Shown piece by piece: positions 8,849-17,660 of a stretch of DNA of 64,000 bases. Position 1 is the first letter of the stretch; each line of letters begins with the position of its first letter. Both the position numbers and the translations under genes were made by a program. The stretch is from Methanobacteriota archaeon. Lineage in GTDB: Archaea > Halobacteriota > Bog-38 > Methanoflorentales > Methanoflorentaceae. Below the pieces are notes generated by a model. The model searched no databases. It worked only from the letters and a program-made list of their open reading frames with translations, and had not been told where the DNA came from. The DNA lies in assembly GCA_963720465.1 (NCBI GenBank), contig OY970393.1, positions 1,184,001 through 1,248,000 on the forward strand. The letters are read 5' to 3'.

Positions 8849-10102
8849 TCAGCTCCTACGTCGGCCGCTTCCGCAATCGCAGGCGCGCGTGGAAACAGCT
8901 CGATTCACATACCGCGCCGAGGCAACATGCGCTTGACACTGAGTACCTGAGCTGGCTAGCTTTGAGCGTGCAAAGTTGGCAATCTTGGCCAGCATGTCAG
9001 TTCTCTCGACATAGCAAAATGGCTCTACGGCTGGATTAAATCGAAATTTGAACTCAGAAATACGCTGATTAGGGGCACCAGTCAAATCTAGCTTTTTGAA
9101 GCCCTCTGACTTTGCGCGCCGAATGATTTCCCATTCAAGATACTCAACCACACCCAGGTCTCTACGCGCACTAACGCCACCGATCCAACTACAATATCGC
9201 TCCTTTTGAATGGCACAGTACGTGCTTGCGGTAGCGAGCCTTCCGTCGATGCTGACGTTGTACACGGTCACGTCCTGGGGAAACGTAGCCACAAGCTCCT
9301 TGAGATAACTCTCGCTTAGCAGCGGCTCTTCTTTTGCACATTGGCGGAATCGTTCTCGCCAGATGGCAAGCAAGGAACTAACGTCGTTAGTTTGTTGTAC
9401 CTCAGGAGAGTAAGCGCTCACACGCTTAATCTTCTGCCTGCAGCCTCTACTAAATGATGCCCAGATCTCATCGACGGATTTTTCCAAGTTGATAGCGGAC
9501 GTGAACATCAAGTGCGCCGTGAAGTTCTTCCAAATAAAGGAGCGCACGTCAAGAAAATTTGGGACCGTCCTAAAATTCATGAAATTTGGAGCGATCTTGT
9601 CAACTTCGCTGCACAGCTCCCCAGTCACTTGCTCAAAGATCTTCTCCTTTTTATGTGCCCCCAGCCCGGCCACGCTGGGATCAAACGCGGGTCCTAAGTA
9701 GGGAATTTGTGCATCAGGTGGCGGGGAGCGCATTAGCGTCAGTCCCTGGCGTCGAGTAATAAAAAAAGGGAATACGCACATAAGTTCGTTACCTGAAAAT
9801 ATGGCATACGGCACAAGCTGGGACCCAGAATGTTTTTCAACGATCTTCAAAAAATCCCAGGTATGAAATAACGTTCCCTGTGGGCTGTTTTCGACAAACT
9901 GGTCCCAGATCTTTTTATTGTCTAGCACTTCAACAGCGATTTTTGCGTGTCCACATACTGATAGTATCAGTCCGTGCGCTAATCCGACCGGCAAGAGGAA
10001 GCAGTTCCCTAATACAATAGACGGGAGTACCACGCAAATAGCTAGAACAGCTACGCTGATGACAAGTTTTGTTAATGCGGACCCAGGTTTAACTAAGTCC
10101 AC
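8849..10102 (-). CDS. FemABX-like GNAT protein, paralog 3, with hydrophobic N-terminal extension
   Basis: Same core motifs (WDQFVENSPQGTLFHTW, FKFRF). About 55 aa of hydrophobic N-terminus. GGGGGA RBS before the GTG. Confidence 0.82.
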   Translation of the reverse strand: MDLVKPGSALTKLVISVAVLAICVVLPSIVLGNCFLLPVGLAHGLILSVCGHAKIAVEVLDNKKIWDQFVENSPQGTLFHTWDFLKIVEKHSGSQLVPYAIFSGNELMCVFPFFITRRQGLTLMRSPPPDAQIPYLGPAFDPSVAGLGAHKKEKIFEQVTGELCSEVDKIAPNFMNFRTVPNFLDVRSFIWKNFTAHLMFTSAINLEKSVDEIWASFSRGCRQKIKRVSAYSPEVQQTNDVSSLLAIWRERFRQCAKEEPLLSESYLKELVATFPQDVTVYNVSIDGRLATASTYCAIQKERYCSWIGGVSARRDLGVVEYLEWEIIRRAKSEGFKKLDLTGAPNQRISEFKFRFNPAVEPFCYVERTDMLAKIANFARSKLASSGTQCQAHVASARYVNRAVSTRACDCGSGRRRS

Positions 10103-10567
10103 TTAGTCCCCCCTTTTTTCCATGCTTGCCCTTGACGGGAAAATTAATCAAAGCGCAAACGGAGCGCGAAAGCTTAAGTGTTGCTGTCCACCCTGTGTGA
10201 CCGAGGGGGTCAGCCCGCCACGCGCCGTGACTAAACCTAGGTTACGGCGCACCCACGAGTAGGGGCAATCAAAACAGATAAAAACGAGAGAGCGTTGCAT
10301 AGCGTTCAGGGTCAAGGGCTCCGGCAGGCAAAGATAGATGCTGGAATGGGGTCGGTAGCACCTCAACAAGCTTGGACAAAGGACTTGAAAGAGGCGAAGA
10401 ATACTTTTTACCGAAACGTCCACGTCTCGATGGCAGTGACTTCAGCGGCAGGGTCTTTGAAAATCGCCGTTTATGGCGCTCTCTTGAAGTTATAGAGAGC
10501 GCTTCGTCATCGCCGATGCCTCCAGAAGCGGGGGCGGCTTCTCTTGTCTATGCGCTAGCTGCTGATT

Positions 10568-11302
10568 TCAAAGTCTGTGCAGGCGGTTAGCCCCCATTAG
10601 TGCAAGTTCATAAATCTTCGAATAATACTTCGTATAGTCGTAGCGCTCGACAAGGTCTCCCCCAAAACCTTTCTTCCAAGCACTATACCCAACTTCTTGT
10701 AAGTCGCCATCTTTAACGTAATATCTTCCGAGGTCGAATTCTCGCAGTCCCTTGGCCTTCGCGTACTTTATCGTCTCCCACACGAGCAACTTGTTCGCGT
10801 TGCCAATCAAAGAGGCTCTGTCGCGATCAACGAGTCGCTTTGATGCTGCTAGCCTCCCCAATATAGTGTGGCCATCGGCAAAACAAGCGTGGCCGCACAG
10901 TATATCTCCATCGTACTCTGCAATGAACAGCGGACCGCTTCGTTTTAAAACACTCGTCTTCTCGAAATCAGGGTAAATCCCTTTTTTCTTTCGAAACGAA
11001 TCATTCAGTTCTTGGAATTCATCATAATCTTCATTAAGTTTGACTCTGACACCAGCCCGTTGAGCGCGCTTTATATCTCTTCGAGTTGAGCTCTTGCTCA
11101 TTTTTTTCCAGATTGTGTCAAGGTCTTGCGCTAAATCTATCACTAAGTTTGTCTTGGATCTCATCTGAAAACCCGCGAGGTCTACCTTATACTTAGTGTC
11201 GGTGAACTTGACGCAGTGATAGCCCTTTACGTCAAAGGGGTACGAGCTAAACCAGACCTTTTTGGTTTTGAACCAATATCGGCGACTTTCTAACTCCAAC
11301 AT
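10568..11302 (-). CDS. Short FemX-like GNAT (glycyltransferase-like)
   Basis: LVIDLAQDLDTIWKKMSKSSTRRDIKRAQRAGV, LFIAEYDG, ANKLLVWETIKYAKAKGLREFDLG and WKKGFGG are Fem C-terminal domain signatures. Confidence 0.82.
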   Translation of the reverse strand: MLELESRRYWFKTKKVWFSSYPFDVKGYHCVKFTDTKYKVDLAGFQMRSKTNLVIDLAQDLDTIWKKMSKSSTRRDIKRAQRAGVRVKLNEDYDEFQELNDSFRKKKGIYPDFEKTSVLKRSGPLFIAEYDGDILCGHACFADGHTILGRLAASKRLVDRDRASLIGNANKLLVWETIKYAKAKGLREFDLGRYYVKDGDLQEVGYSAWKKGFGGDLVERYDYTKYYSKIYELALMGANRLHRL

Positions 11303-11872
11303 GGTGTTTGTCGAGAACTGTCGAAAGAGCCTATAATGCGACCTACATGCGACATCAGATTAATGTTCCAGCCGCTTGAAAGGTTTTAAGCGGAAATCAG
11401 ACGTCCTGGTGTATTTTGCTCTTGATGTATTAATAAATAGTCCTGTTAATCGATACTTCGGCGATTGACGAGAAGCATTACAAGTGCACAAGTTGAGGTT
11501 GGAACCTTTCTTGTCAAATCAATAGAGATTCCGAGCAAAATCGGGACGCTTGTTGCTCAATCCCAGCGATTTGAAAGTCAAACTGTGTCGGATCGCTTGC
11601 AGCTAGAGTGAATGGCTTCCTCAGTACACACCTCTTGTCCATCGCCTGCCCCCTCAAAAACGGACGAGGCTTTCTGTCGACAATTGATGTTGTTTCCTAC
11701 AGATTTGGCGCCTTCACCACGGGCTTCTCGCACATCTCGTTCGACAATCTGAAGGCGGTACAGTTTGAGGGGCTGCCAAATACTGCGGCTCGACGCAAGC
11801 AAGCCTCCATCTTTGAGGATAAAATCAGTCGGATACATCATCAACGGCGTCAACTAATTGTGACCTTGCTCT

Positions 11873-13408
11873 TCAATATGCTCGCAGCTGCCTCAAATAT
11901 GATTGGATTACACTGGACGCGGCGGCGTAAGCTTCCAAGCGGAACGAGCGCACGAAAATGAAGTAGAACGCGGCGCCGAAACTTACTTGGAGAGTCAGAT
12001 GCGCGGCATACGACCAGCTGTTTGGCAGTAGGAGGCCGAACGCCCAAACAGCTAGCGCCATCGTTGCTGCGGCGTAAAACTGAGGTGCCAGCTTTCTCAG
12101 CATGGTGGCGAAGTTCAAATCAATGAGGCGAGCTGGAATTGACCAGTTGGGGTGCCACAGCAGGAAATTAGCCACAGTATAGGCGACAGCAACGCCCAAC
12201 GCCCCCCAGCGTAGTCCCACGACGAACGAAATGATGTAGATGGATCCGACCACGAGCCCCCACCTGAACATGATGTCGGTTCGGCCCTGAGACTGATAGA
12301 GCCAAGAACCGGTGATGCCTATAGACTGAATAGCGCTAAGAATGCTAAAAACTTGAATGATGGGAATCATCCCAGCCCACGTGTCACCAAATAATGTGAG
12401 CACTAATGGGCGTGAAAGAACTAGCAGTCCCAACGAGACAGGAAACGCCACGAGCGAGATAACGCTGATTGATCGCAAATAGAGAGCCCTCACCCGTTCT
12501 ATGTCGTTTTGGATCTTTGAGAGAGCGGGAAACATGACGAATGTAATGACGCTCGCTATCTGGGTCAGCGGCAGCACTAGAATGGCGTACGAACGGGAGT
12601 AAATCCCCAAGGGTGCTGATCCTAAGTAGCGGCCGATCAACAAGTTGTCGCAATTTAGCGTCCAGTAGTTGGAAATGGCAGCACCGAGGTAGTTAGTGCC
12701 GAACTTAGAAAGATCCTTAACTGCGCTCAGTTGCAGTGAGAAATCGGGTCGCCACGGCGCCAGGACCCACACCATGGCGACGTAGACGATCGCATTAAGA
12801 ACGTACAGGGCAACGATGCTCCACACCCCAAAACCGCTCAAAGCTAAGTATATCGCGGCGGCACCCGGAATCACAGAGCTGGTCAGCCCAGCGATTGCTA
12901 GCGTACGAAAATCCATCGCTTTTTGGACGAGAGATTGCGTTATCGTACCAAATGAGTTGATGATGAAGATCGGCGAAATTGCGATGGTGAGGGACTGGAG
13001 CTCCGGGACACCATAAAAGGATGCGATGTAGGGAGCCGCTGCAGCAAAAATCAGTGTTAGTAGCACTCCCACAGCAATGCTGACCCAAAATACCGCATTC
13101 TTGTGGCGCTGTTCCACGTCCACTTTTTGAATCAAGGCTGCACCAAACCCCATATCAGTAAATAACATTGCAAACCCCGTAAAAACGACGACCATCGCAG
13201 CTAGTCCGAAGTCTTGTGGAGACAAAAGATGCATCAGGATGACGGTTACCACTAGGGAAATTAGCTGACTGCCCGCTTGCGCGATACCGCTCCACGCCAG
13301 GCCAACGCGGATTTCGCTTTCTAAGTCCTGCATTTTGACCGGAATTGCATTACCTCGTTTTGCAAAGGTTTGGTCTGCCGTGGCGCTTCTAGCCGATTCG
13401 GTGACCAC
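11873..13408 (-). CDS. Polysaccharide flippase (Wzx/WzxC, MOP superfamily)
   Basis: LLSPQDFGL, DMGFGAALIQ, DNLLIGRYLGSAPLGIY and FPALSKIQ motifs with many TM segments. Confidence 0.92.
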   Translation of the reverse strand: MVTESARSATADQTFAKRGNAIPVKMQDLESEIRVGLAWSGIAQAGSQLISLVVTVILMHLLSPQDFGLAAMVVVFTGFAMLFTDMGFGAALIQKVDVEQRHKNAVFWVSIAVGVLLTLIFAAAAPYIASFYGVPELQSLTIAISPIFIINSFGTITQSLVQKAMDFRTLAIAGLTSSVIPGAAAIYLALSGFGVWSIVALYVLNAIVYVAMVWVLAPWRPDFSLQLSAVKDLSKFGTNYLGAAISNYWTLNCDNLLIGRYLGSAPLGIYSRSYAILVLPLTQIASVITFVMFPALSKIQNDIERVRALYLRSISVISLVAFPVSLGLLVLSRPLVLTLFGDTWAGMIPIIQVFSILSAIQSIGITGSWLYQSQGRTDIMFRWGLVVGSIYIISFVVGLRWGALGVAVAYTVANFLLWHPNWSIPARLIDLNFATMLRKLAPQFYAAATMALAVWAFGLLLPNSWSYAAHLTLQVSFGAAFYFIFVRSFRLEAYAAASSVIQSYLRQLRAY

Positions 13409-13665
13409 AAGCTAAAAAATCGGAGTCTCGAACAGCTCAGGCACGTCTTAATATATGACGTTTTACGTTTTAGTCCCGCAGCCGACTCAGGTCCGCGGAT
13501 AGGGCGACGAGATTCCGATCGCAGGATCGCTCTTCTTGCACCAGGCCACTCATCGAAAATGGCATCGCGGCCCAGAATCAGCAGCTGCCATCAAACGCAG
13601 GCGTTTGCAGTTGGCGCAAAAATGGCGACAAGCTCCCACACACGTTTGTACCAAATACGACCGCT

Positions 13666-14583
13666 TCAAGTACTCACGTTCACAAGTAGATACAGCTGCC
13701 TATAAGGCGATCCGGTGAGGTCGTCGAGGTACAGCAGAAAATCAATGCGCATGTTGTTGCCGGCACGATTAGGAGTCAGTGACAGATTTTTTTCGACCGT
13801 CTGACCGTTTGCAACGGTCTGGCGCCCTGAGTACAACGTGGTTGAGGTGTTGCCGTTCGTGAGACTGACCACAAGCAGATAGTTCTCATCTCGATTTTCA
13901 TGATTCGCGATCGCGACAGTCGCTGGTTTCGTCTGACCGACTGAGAAGTTTGTCGGGTACCCCTGCATTGTGCCTCCCGGACCAAGGAGGTACATCTCAG
14001 TGTAGTTTTCTCGGGGTTCGGGAGTCGCCAGCGAGTACAGCAGCACCGAGGCCGAAAAAAGAACGGAAAAGGCAACAAATATGGTCAGGGCCCGCGGTAC
14101 GCGGCCCGCTCTTTGCGCGCGAAGCGCTTGCATAAAATCCACGACACGCTCACTGCTCACGTCCATCCGCTGGGCAGGCGTGAGCGTGTGTCGTCGCACG
14201 TACGCAGACGCGGTCACCACCAAGATGAAGAGGGTCGCACTTGTCGCCACTGATTGGACGCTCAGCCCCCAGTCAGTGTAGTTGAGGGCCAATGCCAATA
14301 CCGGCACGATCACGGTGCTGAGGCCAAACGAAAACGCCGCGCGTTCAACACTGGTGATATCACCGTTTCGCGGAAAAAGCGCTGCGATGAAGGAATACCC
14401 GGGCACAAACAGCACGATCGGAATAACTACAACTGATCGGAGGACGCTATTGCTGAGCAAGGGCGCTGTGGCGAATACAAAGACTGCAATGCCTACTGCT
14501 AACGCAAGCAGCAAATCAACGTCCGAAATGCTGGCTCTGGATCGCGCGCCGGAGCGAGTGGATTCCATTTGTATTCCTAGCAA
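13666..14583 (-). CDS. DUF1616 family membrane protein
   Basis: LFVPGYSFIAALFP, ERAAFSFGLS, LNYT, YTEMYLLG..G....YPT and IANHE motifs of this archaeal family. Confidence 0.85.
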   Translation of the reverse strand: MLGIQMESTRSGARSRASISDVDLLLALAVGIAVFVFATAPLLSNSVLRSVVVIPIVLFVPGYSFIAALFPRNGDITSVERAAFSFGLSTVIVPVLALALNYTDWGLSVQSVATSATLFILVVTASAYVRRHTLTPAQRMDVSSERVVDFMQALRAQRAGRVPRALTIFVAFSVLFSASVLLYSLATPEPRENYTEMYLLGPGGTMQGYPTNFSVGQTKPATVAIANHENRDENYLLVVSLTNGNTSTTLYSGRQTVANGQTVEKNLSLTPNRAGNNMRIDFLLYLDDLTGSPYRQLYLLVNVST

Positions 14584-15371
14584 TTTTTAGCACAAGCCCC
14601 GAAACGCGGTGGATATGGACTTGAAGTTCCCTGTACATTTGATCAACGTTTGCTGCAATGTCATTGTTGACGGCAGTGCGCGCTCCACGTGCTTCGGTCC
14701 TCGCCTGGACTCCATTACTTGGAAACGACTTTAAAGTTTAAATATGTCGACTATAACGATATCCTCGAAGCGACCGAAGTAAAAATGATGTTCACTCCTG
14801 TCGTCTATCGGCTTCGTATGATTCAAATGCCGTTGATAAGCGACGTGCGCGAACGAGTACGAACCTGCAGGATGCGCACGTATCCGTCCATACGCTGCCA
14901 GAATCAGGCGGATGGTTTGCCTCCGTTGGAGCACTCAGGCAGGCGCACGGGGTTTTGTCGGGCTTTCAGGCGGCCATCTGGGAACAGTTTTGGTCGAAGT
15001 CAAAGACAACTAACGTTAGGGCGGTTCTGAGAGAGAACACAACGCGCGACCATCAAAGGAATAAGATCGTTTGCCAGTGCAAAAATGGTGTGGCCGACAT
15101 CACCATCGTAAAGCGGGCAGCTTGCCCGAGGTGTTCCCGCAAGATCGGTTTGCATGTTCATCCGAGCCCGAGCGATCGGAGCGCGACGGCTGAGCTACGT
15201 TATTTACCGGTTGCCTAACTCAAGGGCCACCCAAACGCGAGCCGTGAAGTCTAAGAACTGCCAACGCGAGATGCCCAAAAAATGGCCGATAAAGGCGATT
15301 CGAATGCGCACCCGTACGAACTTCAGAGCGCCCTCTTTGCAGAAATCGATTCGAGGGGCCAGAGCAGGACG

Positions 15372-17345
15372 CTAGCTAAGGATCGTACTGAAGTAGACCG
15401 GACTAACGTTGTAATATGCGTTTACTGACCCTGAATTGTAGATCAGCGATCCGGATGAGTTGACTAGTACGACAGAGCCATACGGTACAGTTTCACCGAC
15501 AACTCCCTCTACGCTCGGCTTTCCTGCCATCTCTGTTCGAATAACGAGGAGGTCGTTAGGAGTCGCGTTTAGCTGGTAGAACGTGACGAAGGTCGTGGTA
15601 GTTTTGTTGAAATAATACGTTGAGGCCGTTGTGTAATAGGCATCACTCACCAAGTGCCCTGAGCTTTTTTGCGTCAGCGTACCCATTGCTTGTAACTCTG
15701 AAGCAGTGAGCGAGGCCCGCAGCGTGTTCGGCGTTAAGATACGGTTATCGAGGTTTGCCGCAGGACTAAGGATGAGCAACAGGGCCAGACAAAAAACGAC
15801 AACTCCAAGGAACACTGGTCTCGTCCGGCTACCGCGCACGAGCTGAGCGAAAAGCAACAGCGTTAACGCCAAAGGTACCGCCAGGATCTCCTGTGCAAGA
15901 GCAAGCCATCTGTCAGATAACAAATAAAGGCCAGAAAACTGCGAAAATGCCAAAAAAGCTAATGGAAGTGCCATGAAAACGAAAACAAAAGTACGTGCAT
16001 TCCCAAATTTTTTCGATACAAGGTAGAAGCATCCCATCAACGATAGCGCGACAAACGAAGTGGAACCGACGAAATCGAATATCCGTTCCACCAATGATTG
16101 ATTCACAACAGTCGCGCTACTCGCTGCTTGCAACGGAGCTAGCTCAAGGTTCTGTAAATGTCCCACGAGCAGCGCCAAGCTCCCCGACCCATACGTCCAC
16201 CATAACAACATGGCGACGGCAAAAGTCGCGGCAATAGTAAAGGAGAGATATGTTTGCGCTTCGCGACCGTAAAACCTACGATAAAGCAGCGTTGCGAATA
16301 AACCTGAGAAAAGCACGAGGGTCATGGCGAGGGCAGAAAGCGTGTGCGCAAGGATCAAGGACCCCATTACGATAAGCAACAGGGCTAAGCTGCGAATCGG
16401 ATTCCGGCCCTTCAATTGGACTACGAGATAAATCCCGATCAGGAGATATGTAGCTCCGAGTGTGTTTGGTATGGTCCAGTATCCAAAATAGATTATGTTG
16501 TTCGCAATAACGAATAGCAATGCTCCGAGCAATCCCACTTTCTCACTAACCAACGACTTGCCGATGAGAAAAACAAACAGCGCGCCGACAACAACGAGCG
16601 AGAGCCCAACCGACAGCATGACAGACAGTTTGTAGTCGAGCGAGGACAGCAAGGACGTTGCCGCGACGTAAAGAGGGAACATCGGAAGGTTTGTATACTG
16701 AGAACCCGCAGCGATGTGACCCAGCAGAAGTGTCTGGGAGACGAACCATTGGTAATTCCACGGGTCGATCCCGACGACGTTCGGATAAATTAGGAGCTCG
16801 GACGCCTGTAGACTAAATCCAATGATCGCACTTTGAGCCAGAATTACTGATCTGCACGTCCAATTGGAGATCGATATCACGACCTCTGCCCCAACAGCAC
16901 TCGCCATCAACGCCGTGAAAATGAAGTATGCGATTGGACGGACGTAGACCTCCGGCCTGAGGTGTAATGAGAGGACTGAGCAGCCAAAGAAGAGGAAGAA
17001 AAACCCGCTGATGAGCCAAAAAAGCTTTTCGTTGCTCAGCCGTTCCACGTTTTTTAGTGTGTCTATATTGCGCACCCACAACCACTTTTCGTTGCTGAGT
17101 TCGACGTTCTTTAGAGTGTCTAGGTTGCGCACGCGCACCCAAATCGCGCATAAGGCAGCGACGAGCAAAGCTACCAAAATGACGTTCGGATTCCTAGTGT
17201 GTGAGACGAGCTCGTAAGCGAGCAACAAAGCAGAGAGGACGATTCCTGCGAGAGCAGCAACCTTGTCAACGTTGTCGGTGCAGAGTATACTTCCTGCGAG
17301 AGCAGCAACCTTGTTAACGTTGTTACTTAAGCGATTTCGTTTCAT
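15372..17345 (-). CDS. Polytopic membrane protein (putative GT-C or polymerase-like)
   Basis: More than 12 hydrophobic segments, G.DPW..Q loop, Y..(L/F)P.F motif and a soluble C-terminal domain, located within the glycan locus. Function is inferred. Confidence 0.6.
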   Translation of the reverse strand: MKRNRLSNNVNKVAALAGSILCTDNVDKVAALAGIVLSALLLAYELVSHTRNPNVILVALLVAALCAIWVRVRNLDTLKNVELSNEKWLWVRNIDTLKNVERLSNEKLFWLISGFFFLFFGCSVLSLHLRPEVYVRPIAYFIFTALMASAVGAEVVISISNWTCRSVILAQSAIIGFSLQASELLIYPNVVGIDPWNYQWFVSQTLLLGHIAAGSQYTNLPMFPLYVAATSLLSSLDYKLSVMLSVGLSLVVVGALFVFLIGKSLVSEKVGLLGALLFVIANNIIYFGYWTIPNTLGATYLLIGIYLVVQLKGRNPIRSLALLLIVMGSLILAHTLSALAMTLVLFSGLFATLLYRRFYGREAQTYLSFTIAATFAVAMLLWWTYGSGSLALLVGHLQNLELAPLQAASSATVVNQSLVERIFDFVGSTSFVALSLMGCFYLVSKKFGNARTFVFVFMALPLAFLAFSQFSGLYLLSDRWLALAQEILAVPLALTLLLFAQLVRGSRTRPVFLGVVVFCLALLLILSPAANLDNRILTPNTLRASLTASELQAMGTLTQKSSGHLVSDAYYTTASTYYFNKTTTTFVTFYQLNATPNDLLVIRTEMAGKPSVEGVVGETVPYGSVVLVNSSGSLIYNSGSVNAYYNVSPVYFSTILS

Positions 17346-17660
17346 GGCCCGTGCATATCATTTCCAGCGTGGCGGTGCTTAGGCAAATCGGCAGCTGGCA
17401 AAAAAGATGTAAAGCAACGGCGTTCGCTGTTCTTTCTCCATCCATTGTCGAAAGCCCCACTTCCTGCCATTTCAACAGCGTATATCTGTTGGATAAAACG
17501 AGACAGTGCCCTTTGGATGTTGTCCTTATATCAAGCTTCGTATTAAACCATTAAGCGCGTCCTCCCTCCCTTTTCGATGCTCCGGCCATCCTGGCTGCGT
17601 GCGTAAGGCGCCGAATCCGCTCAGCTATAAATATGGCGGGGAGGTACAAGAGATCACCAC

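Noticed and set aside
11330-11870. Possible gene between the FemX-like gene and the flippase
   Set aside because: Only short ORFs with no recognisable motif. Possibly a decayed gene, but unassignable by eye.
14590-15370. Possible glycosyltransferase pseudogene (VRIRIAFIGHF...)
   Set aside because: Multiple stops and only weak resemblance, so not supportable without a search.
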